Assembly (NCBI GenBank): GCA_013239625.1
Contig: MU053513.1
Location: 1,662,927-1,726,926 of the forward strand
Reading direction: 5' to 3'
DNA length: 64,000 nt
Origin: Lama guanicoe
Taxonomy: Eukaryota
In this document: piece by piece, positions 12,401-46,606 of the stretch
Layout: every line of letters starts with the position of its first letter
Numbering within the stretch: the first letter of the stretch is position 1
Program-made: the position numbers and the translations under genes
Notes under the pieces: generated by a model
What the model was told of the DNA's origin: nothing
What the model saw: only the letters and a program-made list of their open reading frames with translations
Databases searched by the model: none

Positions 12401-14541
12401 TTTGACTTGTGTCTCCTCATACAATCAAAATGTTAAACTCACTTCCTCTTTGAGAAGAGTTATGGAAAATGAAAATAAAAATAAGAATTTTGTTTATAAG
12501 TGTGTGGGATTTCTGCTGTTGCTCATAGAATTAGAGGGAGTTTCTTGCATTTGTAAAGTTAGTGGTAAATCTCAAATTCTTATTTATTCATTTGCTTTTT
12601 TTCCTTGACCAGTTTTTTTATTGTGATAGACAACATCTAACATAAGACAGCTTTCTGCCAGTAGTTTTTGTCTGGCTGTAATTTCATAAAGCCAAATGAA
12701 TTATAGACTAAATAAAATTCTCTTTGAATATAGGAGCTAAATAGGAAAACACATGTCCTCTTTCTCTTCAACTTACCAATTTTTTATACCTTCAGAAAGT
12801 TGGGAAAATAGTACAGCAAACACTCATACTCATGTTTTCTACCCAAAATCACCATTTTTTTTAAAGTTTGCTATATGTACTTTGTGCCTTTTTTTCCTGT
12901 GCCTGAGCCATTTCAAAGTTAAGTTGCAAAATATTTGCTGTAAATAATTTCAGTAATATCAACATATTTAAATTTCCTTGGTTGTCAGAAAAAAATATCT
13001 TCTGTAGCTGTTGGGGAAGGGGTTTTTTTTATTGGTTTTAATCTAGAGCTCATCCAAGGTTCACTGCATTTGATTATGCCTCTTTAGTTTCTTAATTCAG
13101 GAAAGTCGCCTAGGAGAACTGGTTGCAAAAGCTGTTGAGTTTTGTGTTTCATTGATCTTGTTACTTAGAACCTCGTCAGTAGTAATTATTCTTGATATTC
13201 ATCATCAGGTTATTTTTAATAAAATTGTAATTTGGACACATCATACTAAGATTTTAAATGTCTTATTAAAAGATATCTTAAAGATTAGTATTTGTGCACA
13301 TGGTTTGTAGGTTAATCAGGAAACAAAACTCTTGGCCAGATCTTAATTAATAGTCTTTAAGTAATAGCTTTTAAGTGGGTTTTTTATTTCTCAAAAATGT
13401 TCTTTTCCTTTTTCTCAGTTGAAGATTTGCATTTTACTTGAAACTTGTAGTGTAACAAATCCAAATGGATAAGAAGACCACAAAAAATAGTCCATCCATT
13501 CTCCCCAGCATCACCATGGGGCAACCATAGACTTCTTGAAGTACTTTCCAGACTCAGTTTAGAAATTAGTACTTTATAAATTCTGTAATTGAATCAAGAT
13601 TATGCCTAAATGTTTACCTTTCTTAGTTAAAACTGTGGGGGTTTTATTTTTATTACTCATGATGCTCTAGAACTAAAAGTTATGATTAGTATAAGGCAAA
13701 ACGAAAATAAAGAGCATTCGGATTTTTTTTAATTAGAGTAGTTTTCTGACACTAATGAATATTTAAAATAAAACAAGAGCAATCCTGACCCTCTGTGCTT
13801 TTGTCTTTATAACCTGTACTTACAGTGGATATAATTTTGTATTAAAATTTAGGGGGTTTTTTTTAGGTCAACAAGGGCAGACACAAGATTATTCAAAGGC
13901 TTGGGAGGAATATTACAAGAAGCAAGGTATTGTTTTTATTAGAAATGAGATTCTTTGAGGCTTTTAATTGCGGTTACAGCAACAAAGTTGTTCTGTTTTC
14001 TCAAAGGTCAGGCAGTTCCTGCTCCTACTGGTGCTCCACCAGGTGGTCAGCCCGATTATAGTGCAGCCTGGGCTGAGTACTATAGACAGCAAGCCGCCTA
14101 CTATGCCCAGACAAGTCCCCAGGGAATGCCGCAGCATCCTCCAGCTCCTCAGGTATAGTGAACTTGCCAATGTGCTGATTTCATCTCCAGTCATGTTCTC
14201 TGCATGTTTACTGTTGTCTGGGATTATGTTTGCCTTTTAAAATTTTTATCTGGCAAAGTATAACTAAATGAAGTATTGTATGGTATATTGTTCTGGGTTT
14301 TTTGGTTTGTTTTTTTATAATGCTTTCTGGCATCTGAGTGCTGAATATTTCTATAATGCCTTTGATTTTAAAAATAAATTTTTTTCCCCCAGGGATTTGC
14401 AAATCATGCAAGAAGCCACCACCATTTATATTAACCAGTTTTTCTTTCTTAAAGGACTCACTCCTGAGTTAGCTCCGTTTAAAGGATTTTCTTTAACTTT
14501 TTGTGTATTTCTTATGTATCTCTTCTGCACAGGGCCAATAA
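306..14541 (+). CDS. FUBP1: FUBP1 (far upstream element-binding protein 1), 3' part of multi-exon CDS; canonical path 306-466, 2721-2872, 2958-3037, 6077-6205, 7938-8012, 14007-14152, 14533-14541
   Basis: Spliced translation [63 protein letters not shown].../[43 protein letters not shown]...PPAPQ/GQ* matches the FUBP1 KH4 domain and C-terminus. All junctions are GT-AG with consistent phase. The 5' exons lie outside the window. Confidence 0.97.
880..1050. mobile_element. MER5-like hAT-Charlie MITE remnant
   Basis: ttttaaaatgcagact...tcagaat...ccaggtgattctgatgca resembles the MER5A consensus. Confidence 0.5.
1550..1740 (+). mobile_element. MIR SINE
   Basis: tagtggttaaga...ctctggagtcag...tgggttcaaa...ctgtgcgaccttgga...gcctggcaca core. 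Confidence 0.7.
2721..2872 (+). CDS. FUBP1: FUBP1 Pro/Gly-rich exon
   Basis: ttgcag|GGC ... CA|gtaagt; [50 protein letters not shown]. Confidence 0.96.
2958..3037 (+). CDS. FUBP1: FUBP1 exon
   Basis: tttcag|T ... CCAG|gtaaaa; (H)[26 protein letters not shown]; preceded by an 85-nt intron. Confidence 0.95.
3173..3184 (+). CDS. FUBP1: Candidate 12-nt FUBP1 microexon (adds AGVG)
   Basis: Pyrimidine tract ttctgcacttgtttcactccttcag|CAGGAGTGGGAG|gtactg; phase 1-1, frame-preserving, no stop. Inferred from motifs only. Confidence 0.5.
6077..6205 (+). CDS. FUBP1: FUBP1 exon, first Tyr-rich motif
   Basis: ttctag|CT ... CAAG|gtaact; [43 protein letters not shown]. Confidence 0.95.
6340..7700 (-). mobile_element. 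Old L1 (L1M-type) 3' fragments
   Basis: Degenerate T-rich sequence typical of ancient L1 3' ends; subfamily not resolved. Confidence 0.45.
7938..8012 (+). CDS. FUBP1: FUBP1 exon, second Tyr-rich motif
   Basis: aataag|GA ... ATGG|gtatgt; [25 protein letters not shown]. Confidence 0.95.
8600..9380 (-). mobile_element. MER44 (Tigger7-derived, TcMar-Tigger) non-autonomous DNA transposon
   Basis: Inverted termini ta-CTGTGGTCCCCCCTTATCC ... GGACAAAGGGTGGGTACTG; the internal aaaattccagaaataaacaattc motif matches recalled MER44. Confidence 0.75.
13867..13926 (+). CDS. FUBP1: FUBP1 60-nt cassette exon with an extra Tyr-rich motif
   Basis: ttttttag|GT ... CAAG|gtattg; [20 protein letters not shown], paralogous to the preceding exon; phase 1-1. 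Confidence 0.85.
14007..14152 (+). CDS. FUBP1: FUBP1 exon, last Tyr-rich motif
   Basis: tcaaag|GT ... CAG|gtatag; [49 protein letters not shown]. Confidence 0.96.
14393..14434 (+). CDS. FUBP1: FUBP1 alternative last exon ([13 protein letters not shown])
   Basis: tttttcccccag|GGA, in frame after PPAPQ; recalled as a known FUBP1 isoform tail. Confidence 0.8.
   Translation, partial: GFANHARSHHHLY
14533..14541 (+). CDS. FUBP1: FUBP1 canonical last coding segment (GQ*)
   Basis: tcttctgcacag|GGC CAA TAA TAA. Confidence 0.93.
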   Translation, partial: GQ

Positions 14542-14911
14542 TAAGAAGTGGACAATACAGTATTTGCTTCATTGTGTGGGGGAAAAAAACCTTTGTTAAA
14601 TATATGGATGCAGACGGCTTGATGAAGATCTTAATTTTGTTTTTGGTTTAAAATAGTGTTTTTTCTTTCTTCCTTTCTTTCTTTTTTTTTTTTTTTTTTT
14701 TTTTTTTGAAAATGTAAAAAATATCTATCACTACTGATAGGAGGTTAATATTTCTGTGTAGAAATGAAAATTGGTTTGTTTTTAGTATTTAGTGTAGATG
14801 TACACATTCCAGCAAATGTATTTGCAACTATTATGTGGTCAATGCTTTGTGATATAAATGTACTTTTTCAATGTATACTTTCACTTTTCAAATGCCTGTT
14901 TTGTGCTTTAC

Positions 14912-14917
14912 AATAAA
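14912..14917 (+). terminator. Proximal FUBP1 poly(A) signal AATAAA
   Basis: AATAAA ~370 nt after the canonical stop, followed by GT-rich sequence. Confidence 0.5.
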
Positions 14918-15796
14918 TGATATGAAACCTCCTGTGTCGGTAAGTTGGATATGTGGGTATTTAAAGGATTCGTAATTTCTTAGCAATGATAAATTAAGAT
15001 ACATATACACAAATATGTAAGCTTTCCCCATGAAATATTATTTGAGTTTTTAAACCACTGGCATGTTTTTTTCCCCCTTGCAGTATAGTGGTAGATTGGA
15101 GGATCTTTTCCATTTATTGTATTTGGCTGTTTCAGCACAAGTAATCCTGATATCTTCATTTTTTTTCCTTCTGTTTGATTAAAAACTGCATGTGTATACA
15201 GTGATCTTTTGGCATACTTCCATTGCATTAACAGTGAAATTTCCTTTTATACATGACCACTGTTTGAGACCTGTACTGCTGCTATAACAGTTAACCTTTC
15301 TATTTTTAATCTGATAATTACTTGATTTCCAAGACTGTTTCAGCATAACTAATTTTAAACAGTTTTCAGACAGTGAATATGAGTAGTCTATGATAAGTTT
15401 TTTTCATGTAAAGTAGTTCTTTCAATGTATACAATATTAGTGTCTTTCTTTCTAAATTTAGGGTAGAAAAAGTGAGTAGTATGCAAAAGTCTAGCTACAG
15501 TGCATCTGCCATCGAAACATTATTGGGGTATGAAAATGTTCAAGCTTTTTTTTCCTTTTTTTTTTCTTTTTGCAGTATAGATAAGCTTTGTTTTGTAAAT
15601 GCACAAGTCCAATCATTGAATCAACTTAATTTTTTTATGTACTTGAAATCATTTTATTGCTCTATAACACTCATGCTGAAGTTCTGATATTTTGTTGAAA
15701 TCCATTGTTTTACTCTTTGCATATTTGTTGGCTCTTTGCATATTAATATATTAGACTACATGCAAATACAGTCTGTCTTGCCATTGTCTGTTGAAG

Positions 15797-15835
15797 TGCA
15801 GGTTTGATCCAGCCAGTATAGAACTAGCTCTGTAG
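15797..15835 (+). CDS. FUBP1: FUBP1 alternative last exon (CRFDPASIELAL*)
   Basis: ttgaag|TGC AGG TTT GAT...CTG TAG; matches the recalled human isoform C-terminus. Confidence 0.8.
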   Translation, partial: CRFDPASIELAL

Positions 15836-16757
15836 GGGTGAGGAGGACTGTGCTGTGTATCATCCTTGATTGTGTTCCTTCAAGGAGCATTGCACTGTAA
15901 GTACATCAGAATGACAAATTGATGAACTGCAACAGTATCTTTTTGTCAATGTTCCACATAATGTAAATGCCATACTTTGTGTGAATATTATGTTGGAATA
16001 CAGTGCTGATAATTCTGGAAAACCATAACTGCTTCTTAATTTAATATAGAATAATTCATAGGTCTGTATTTTTTTTTAAAGTGAGCTTAATGGGTAAGTA
16101 TTTTTGATATGCTTTAGCTATAGCTAAAGAAAATTGATCATTGACAAAGTTGATTAGTATTTACTCATTGGTGCTCCTAAAATATATTGTTTTTCAGTGT
16201 AAAATATGCATATCTTATATTAATATGAAAGACTTGAAATGTATCAGACAGCAGTTTGCAGTTTGCAAATATTAAGCAATGTAGCAGTTTTAACACCATT
16301 TCCTAAATATATATGCTAGCTCTTACATTGGTGGAGAGCACCATTTGTTGTTCTGAATATTTTATAAAGAAAGATGTACAAGGACATAAATGTTGAGATT
16401 ACTTTAGGGTTCATTATAGATATTTTGAAATGTTTTTTTGACTGCTTATAGTATCCAAAGTGACTTCCCTTACCCTTACATAGATATGGATATGTAGTTC
16501 TAGTTTGAAGTTTAATAGTTAAGGAGCTAGTTATCTGTTATCTTTAAGAGTAGGGTATTGACGTGAACAATTTCAGTATTTTGCATGAATACTGTTTTAT
16601 AGATGACCTTTTAGGAAAGTGGTGCATTTATTAATTAAAGAGATAGTTTAGTTGGATTCAGTATCATAACTCACAAATTGGAGGCTGTTGATTTTGATTC
16701 ATTTAAGGTTTAAAATCTTTATTAATTGCAAACAGTGCAATTATTTATACTTCACAG

Positions 16758-16804
16758 TGCCTTCCCAGACCTTCCACCTTAGGTTCTGCTGCAAAAAGCA
16801 ACAG
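16758..16804 (+). CDS. FUBP1: FUBP1 alternative penultimate exon (CLPRPSTLGSAAKSN)
   Basis: cttcacag|TGC ... AACAG|gtaagc; in frame after PPAPQ. Confidence 0.8.
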
Positions 16805-17725
16805 GTAAGCACAACCTAAGGACATATATAAATAAATATTTCAGTACATTAATGTTGTCCCTGTGAGGTTTTTGTGGTTGTGTATTCAAAGGCAGTCTGC
16901 TACTGCTTCCCCAAAATGTATTTTGTTCTCTATGCTAGCATTTCAGTGGAAAGTCTGTAAGTTGTTCAAACAACTGTTTACATTTCTGGGTAATGTTTTT
17001 TATTTTCTTCTTTTTTGTTTTTATTAAAACAAAGAGATGATGAGTAGATTGCTGCTGTAATTGAACTACATCCAAACTTTTTATAATCTTTTCCCAAATA
17101 CAGAAGAATTGTTAAAAATTAAAGGACAATTACATAGTTTTCAAGACTTAGGAAATCATTTAGTCAGAAACGTCAACAGCCTTCACAGTCTGTCTTTGAT
17201 TGACGAGACATTTACTGTGCCCTCCACTCTGGAGTCTTTATTTTTTTTCTTATTCTTGAACTGTAGTAGTTCAGTAAGGACATTATGGGTTAGAATCTTG
17301 TTATGACTTTTTTTTTTTTTAAGACAATTCAGTTCTCATGACTTTAATATATATACTGAAAAAGGAAAAAATTATAAGGAATACTGGCAGTATGTTTTGA
17401 TAAGGCATGTGCATCAGTGAAATGTTAACTGTATAGCAAATAACCTTTCATAATCTGTATAGCAACCAATATTTTTCTGATTTATAATACTTTAATAACT
17501 GACGCTGCATTTATTTTATTTTTTTGCCAGTTTAAAATGTTTGTGTGTTCTTAATAGATGACTTTAACTGGTACATATTTTGAGTTAAGATGAATGTATT
17601 AAAGCAGCATCATACCAGTTTTGTTTTTATTCGATTTCTAAAATGTGCTGATCCTTTTAAAACTCCTGCTTATCTCTACAACAAAGAAAAATATTCAAAA
17701 ATACTGCCTTCATTTTCACACACAG

Positions 17726-17756
17726 TGCTGAAGATGCTGCAAGCACCAAATCATAG
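17726..17756 (+). CDS. FUBP1: FUBP1 alternative last exon (SAEDAASTKS*) following 16758-16804
   Basis: ttttcacacacag|T GCT GAA GAT...TCA TAG; phase 2 matches the upstream exon. Confidence 0.78.
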
Positions 17757-19265
17757 CTCATAAAATCAGGTCCTGAGATAGTTGCCCATAAAGAGGAATC
17801 CTTTGAGTGTATGCCATTGGTGAGCCGATGAGCATGGACCATAGAAGGGCTCAATGTAGAAGGTAAAATTGGCAAATCATAATTGAGAAAAATGAAATGT
17901 TTTCCCATACATAATATGGTATAGGGTGTAATGTACCTGCTTTTGATCACTTTTCATTTTAAAGTGCTATTCACTTGATCTTAAATGTTCCATGAACTGT
18001 TAAATTTTGTAAGTTAATGTAGTTACTGCACCACATTTATGTGTGTGTGTATGTGTGTTTTAATAGTCAATGATAGGTATGTTAAGATTGATAATATAAA
18101 GGAGCTCTTTGAACCTTTAGAGCCTGTCAAGTTTTGGTTAGTTGTAGTTTGCATTTTTATAAAGAGAAAAATACATATGAATGCTAGTAAATATTGGGGC
18201 AATGTTTCTATCTCATGAGAATTTTTTTTTATTCATTACCATAAGCCTTCACTGATACTGCAAGCATTTTTTAAATGGCGCTAATCTTAACCTTGAAATA
18301 AATGGAAAGCAGAAAAGGTGAGCCAGTTGATTTGAATGCAGTGGATGTTAGGAGTGGTAGAAACAATGTTTAGATTGAAATTGAACTGATTTATTTTATT
18401 TAGCACTTAAATTTGACAATGTGTTTTCGTTTTTAAGGTATCTTACTTAGTGTGGTGATACTTAGAATTCTTATGGTTTGATGTTTTAGAATGAGAAGTA
18501 TACTTCTTATTTTTAATTAATGAAAATGATTTTAATACTAAAACTAGTGATTTAATACTAGTTGTTTTTAAACATTATAAAATATATCCTTAGACAAATA
18601 CTTTAGTACTTAATTCATAGGAGAGGGGTTGGGTAGGAGTAAAAGAGTACCTTAAGAGGGAAATAGGAATTTATTCAGAAGCTGTAACATTTGTTTGAAT
18701 ACTCTGCCAGGAGAACCACTTCTACCTGCAGAGTTACCTTTTGTCTAGCATAAGGTTGTAGAAATTACTAATTAATGAAGATGTCTTTTCATTTTCTGAA
18801 AATGCTGCCTCACTTTAAAATGTATTTTAACAATACTTAAAGATAATTTTGCTCTGAAAAATAACCTTATTTTTTGTTTAGTCACTTGAGTTTTCTTGCC
18901 ACAGTATAAACTTGAGGGATTTTATAAATTGGTGCTTTTAAGAAAGCAAATAAATCCCAGGTTTTTATTTTCTTCAGTGATACCCCTATAGAAACTCTTA
19001 AATGTATTTGCGCATATATATATTTTTTCTTATGCATGCTCAATGCATTTTCGTCCTGAGAAAAGTGTTCTCTACAGAAACTACCCGTGTAAAAAGAAGA
19101 TTGGCTTAAAATGGCTACTGTGATGGGAACAGTGTCTTAGGGAGATGCAGCTTGGACTTGAGGTAAATTGAATACTTTACAAACTGTGGTTTAGAGTTGC
19201 TTTAATACCATTGTATGTGAAAGGGTACAAGCTTGCTGTAATTTTGTATTGATTATGGTTTCCTC

Positions 19266-19284
19266 AATAAAAAGAAAGAATAAA
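19266..19284 (+). terminator. Distal FUBP1 poly(A) signals (two AATAAA)
   Basis: AATAAA at 19266 and 19279, at the end of the repeat-free 3' region and just before the NEXN 3' end. Confidence 0.55.
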
Positions 19285-19361
19285 TGTACATTGGTGAATA
19301 TTATAAGAGTGTTGCCTCTTTTCTAAAATGCTGAAAGACTTTTTTAAAATACAGAAGTTAT

Positions 19362-19367
19362 TTTATT
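19362..19367 (-). terminator. Probable distal NEXN poly(A) signal
   Basis: TTTATT on + (AATAAA on -) ~1 kb downstream of the NEXN stop; another copy at 19755-19760. Confidence 0.5.
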
Positions 19368-20319
19368 ACGGGTTTACATTGTAAAATAAAATTGTCTTCC
19401 AGAAAATTAAAATATAAAACAACTTGATAATAGAACATGGTAGCTGATTATTTACAAACTCACTTTAAAGACCTAAAATTGAAGATTGTGCCATTTTCCC
19501 CTAAATCTACTTCTCTTAGCTCTTGAAATCCTCAGTTGTGTTGAAATTTTTTCTCCTGCATGAATTATTAATACAAAGTTTTCTCATTAAAATATCATTT
19601 GTTCAGGCAAGGTCATAACATTAGTTTGCTTTCTGAGCTGGAATATATATTACACACATTTGAAAAGTATATGTTTAATATTCTCAACACTCAGAACGGT
19701 GTATTAGGCAGTGGTTTCCATCACATTTTCTCTGGCAATTGTTTCTTAAAAGTCTTTATTTTTTGTTTGTTTCTTTCCACACACAGGGAGGAATGACGCC
19801 CCTATCCCCTTAATGTATCTGCTTCAGAAAGTCTTTGAGATGACAACAACTGCAATGATGTACTACTGAGGGGGAAAACGCCCACTCAAATTGATAGGTT
19901 CCAAATTCATTACGTTTCAGCTAGTTCAGACTAATTTCAGAAGTGAATAGCTCATGAACGGTATTCTCTCATGCAAAATACTGTGTTCTATTTATGGTTT
20001 TTTAAAACATAATTACTGTGAACATGGGAAATACACAGCCTTTGTAATAGGTTGATAAAATAATTGAACAAATTCCCCACTTTGCCCCCATTAAATTACA
20101 CATGAACTTCTACTACATAATATGGCGATGAATCTGGTGCTCGTTTGACAAGGAAGACGGTATTCTTTAGATGGGCTTGTGTTTTGAAGACTGTTAGGGA
20201 AAGGAATAAGAAGTAAACAGTGGCACTTCTGGTTTCCTTTTTTTTTGGCCCCGCCACAGAAAAGATGGATGTAAGAAAGTCGGAGAGAGAGAGAAAGTTC
20301 CAGGGAGAGAGAAGGGGAC

Positions 20320-20333
20320 CTAGTAGTCGTCAG
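20320..20333 (-). CDS. NEXN: NEXN alternative terminal segment (TDDY*) via a 95-nt intron at 20334-20428
   Basis: GAAA|gtaaga donor inside the last exon; cttctcttttttag|CT GAC GAC TAC TAG acceptor. Confidence 0.75.
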
Positions 20334-20417
20334 CTAAAAAAGAGAAGAAGAAGAGTGATTTTTTTTTCAAAGGAAAACAAATTTAAATAAAATAAAAGTT
20401 CTGTATTCAGAGGGCGA

Positions 20418-42618
<22,201 letters not shown>

Positions 42619-45600
42619 GTTTGCTCTATGTGGTCTTGGGATGATTATGAAGCTCTGTAATTTTCTGCACCTGAAAAAAATATATTAGTATTAAATAAGA
42701 ATTTCTTAATTTTTAAATAGGCTATATATTTTTATAAAGAGAAATAGCACCTTAATTTCTCCTCAAAAACTACTGACATAATCCAGGCAGTTAATAAATT
42801 ATGATAACGCTCAGCCCCTTTTTCTAAGAGTCAGGATACAGAAGGTACCATGTACATAGTGTTAAAAAATCCTTGTAAGTTTATGGCCCAAAGGAGCTTA
42901 GTGGATACCAAGGGCCCTTGCAAAGAACCTGTATTCTGCAGTTGTTGGGTGTATTATTCTGTAACTATCAACCAGGTCAAGGTGGTTGATCATGTTATTT
43001 CTATGTCTTTACTGAAAAAAAAAGGTTTTGGCCTAGTTCCATCAGTCTTCAGTTATGTGCTATTTCTTCTTTTAATTCTGTCATCTTTGTTTCATGTCAC
43101 TTCAAACTTTTAAAAATACATGTACATTATGATTATAATATCTTTTTTTTTGAATTGGCCCTTTCATCAGTGTGAAACTTCCCTCTTCTTATCTCATTGT
43201 CTTCAAGTTACCTGATACAAAAATTGCCACCACATCAAATTTCTTAAGTTTAGTTTGCATGGTATATAATTTTCTAGCCACTTATTTTCAACCTATCTAT
43301 GCCTTTATATGTACAGTACATCTCTTGGACACAGCATATAATAGGATCCTGCTTTTTAAAAAAAATCAGTTCTGATAATATCTGTCTTTTAATTGCGGTG
43401 TTTAGTCCATTAACAGTTAATGTGATTACTTATGTGAATGGACTTAAGTCTATTTTTATTTGGTTTTTTTGTTGTTGTTGTTTTCCTATTTGTTTCTTGT
43501 TTGCCCCTCCTTTTTTTGATCCTCTATTACTCTTTTCCTGCCTACTTCTGTTTTAATTGAATAACTTTTAGAATTTTATTTTAATTTATCTATTGGCTTT
43601 AACAATTTTTAAACAGCTTTACTGAGGTATAATAAGTATACAATAAACTATACTTTTTTAAAGTGCAAAATTTGATAAGTTCTGACATGCCATGAACCCA
43701 TGACACCATCACTACAATCAAGATATGAATATATACATTACCCCTAGAAGTTTTCTGAGACCTCCTTACCTCCCTTCTCTTCTTGCCTTTCCCACCTCCA
43801 TCCCTAGGCAGATATGCTGTCACTGTAGATTAGTTTAAACTTTCTATAAATGAAATCATGTAGAATGTCCTATCTGTCTTTTTCCCCCTGTGTAATTACT
43901 TTGAGATTCATCCATGTTGTTGCATGTATCAACAGTTCATTTCTTTTTATCACTGAATATTACTCCATTGTATAAATATATGACAGTTTGTTAACCATTC
44001 ATCTGTGGATGGACATTTAGGTTGTTTCCAGTTACTATTACAAACAAAGCTGCTATGAATATTCACGTACAAGTCTTTGTGAGGACATATGCTTTTTCAA
44101 TTTCATTGGCTAAATAAAGTATAATGGCTAGGCCTTAAGGTAAATGTATGTTTAATTTTTAAGAAACTGTCAAGCTGTTTTCTGAGTAGTTGTACCGTCT
44201 TATCTTCCCACCAATAGTGTATGAGTTATACTTTCTTTACATCTTCAACCACACTTGGTATGGTCTAATTTTAGACATTCTAAAAGTGTGTAGTGACATC
44301 ATGTTATGGTTTTAATTAACATTCCCCTAATAACTAGTAATATTGAATATCTTTTCATATGTTTCTTTTCTATCTGTAAATATTCTTTGGTGGAAGTATC
44401 TGTTCAAATCTTTCACCCATTATATTACCTGGTTGTTTGTTTTCCCATTATTATGTTTGAGAGCACTTACACATTCTGGATACAAGACCTATATCAGATA
44501 TATGAATAGCAAAGACTTTCTGTCAGTCTTTGGCTTGTCTTTTCATTTTCTTAACAGTGTCTTTTGAAGAGCAGAAGTTTGTCATTTTGATAAAGCCCAT
44601 TTTATCAATTTTTTCTTTTATGGATTGTTTTTGGGGTTGTACTGTATTTATGTCAATAAAAAGCCCACAACAAACTTATCCTACAATTTCTTCTCCAAGT
44701 TTTGTAGTTTTAGGTTTTGCATTTAGGTCTTCAATCCATTTTGAGTTAATTTTTGTCTATGGTGCAATTTTTTTTTTCGCATATGGAAAAACAATTTTTC
44801 CAGGGCCATTTATTGAAAAAAGTATCCTTTCTCCACTGAAATGCTTTTGCACCCTTGTCAAAAATTAATTGACCATACATATGTGGGTCTATTTTTGGAC
44901 CCTCCATTCTGTTCCATCAATCTATTTGTCTCTCTTGATGCCAATACCATACTGTTTGTTTTTAACTATAGTCACCACACCACAATCTTGATTGGTGTAT
45001 TTTATAATAAGCCTTGAAAAGGGTAGTATAACTTTGACTCAGTTCTTTTTCAAAGTTGCTTTGGCTATTCTAAGGCTTTTGTATTCACGTACAAATTTTA
45101 GAATCAGATTGTCAATTTCTGTAAAAAGCCTGCTGAGATTTTGATTGGGATTGCAATGAAATCTGTAGATGGATTTGGGGAGAATTCACATCTTGATAAT
45201 GTTGAGTCTTCTGATCTATGAAAACAGTGCATCTCTCAATTTAGTTACATCTTCTATAATTTTTTTTCTCAGAAATATTTTGTAGTTTTCAGTGTGCAGA
45301 TCTTTGACATCTTCTGTGAGATTTATCCCTAAATAATTTCTTTTGTTGATGCTATGTAAATATGTTTTTAAGATTTCAACTGATGATTTTTTTGTTGCTA
45401 GTTTATAGAAATATAATTTATTTTTGTATTCTGATCCTATATGCTGCTACCCTGCTAAAGTAATTTATTACTTTATTGTAGATTCCATGAGATTTTCTAC
45501 ATAGACGATTATATCATCTGTGAACACAGTTCTAATTTTTACTTTCCAATCTGGATGTCTTTTGTTTCTGTTTCTGGCTTCATTGTACTAGCTAGACCCT

Positions 45601-46042
45601 GTAATACAATGTAAGATAGAAGCAGTAAGAGCAGACATCTTTGCCTTGTTCCTGATCTTAGGTGAACAATGTTCAGTCTTTCAACATTAAGTATGATTTT
45701 AGCTATAGATTTTTCTTAAATGCCCTATATCAGATTAAGTTATTTTCTATTCCTGTTGTGCTGGAGTAATTTCAGGAATAGATATTTGATTTAATACAAT
45801 GCTTTTTCTGTGCCTGTTGAGATAATCATATGGTTTTTCTTTTTATTATGGTGAATTACATTAATTTATTTTCAAATGTTAAATCAACTTTATATTCCTA
45901 GGATAAACTTCATTTAGTCATGATGTATTATCCTTTTAACATGTTGATAATTCAATTTGATAAAATTTTGTTAAAAAGCTTTGCATCCATGTTTATAAGG
46001 CATATTGGTCTGTAATTTTATTTTCTTGTAATGTCTGCTTTT

Positions 46043-46250
46043 TTTTTAATTGAAGTATAGTCAGTTACAATGTGTCGATTTCTGGTGTACTGCATATTGT
46101 CCCAGCATGCATATATATTTACATATATTCATTTTCATATTCCTTTTTATCCAAGGTTATTACAAGATATTGAATATAGTTCCCTGTGCTATACAGAAGA
46201 AATTTGTTTTTATCTATTTTTACATGTACTGCGTTAATACAAATCTCAAG
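46043..46250 (-). mobile_element. Short young L1 3'-end insertion
   Basis: Poly(T) plus aattgaagtatagtcagttacaat..., flanked by duplicated GTCTGCTTTT (46033, 46251). Confidence 0.7.
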
Positions 46251-46260
46251 GTCTGCTTTT

Positions 46261-46606
46261 GTAATTGAAGTACAGTTGACTTACAATGCTGTGTTAGTTT
46301 CTGGTGTACAGCATAGTGATTCAGTTATACATATTTATATATGTATTCTTTTTCAGATTCTTTTTCATTGTAGGTTATTACAAGATACTGAATATGGTTC
46401 CCTATGCTATACAGTGGCACCCTGTTTTTAATCTATTCTATATATAGCAGTTTGTATCTGCTCATCCCAAACTCCTAATTTATCCCTCCCTGCACTTTCC
46501 CCTTTGGTAACCGTAAGTTTGTTTTCTATGTCTGTGAGTCTCTTTCTGTTTTGTAAATTAGCTCATTTGTATTATTTTTTAAGATTTCACATATAAGTGA
46601 CATCAT
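46261..46606 (-). mobile_element. L1 3' end (cetartiodactyl-type), L1 half of a U6-L1 chimera
   Basis: On the - strand: atgatgtcacttatatgtgaaatc...gactcacagacatagaaaacaaactt...tgtacaccagaaactaacac. Confidence 0.85.

Noticed and set aside
44306..44868. Hydrophobic + strand ORFs
   Set aside because: Antisense translations of decayed L1 sequence
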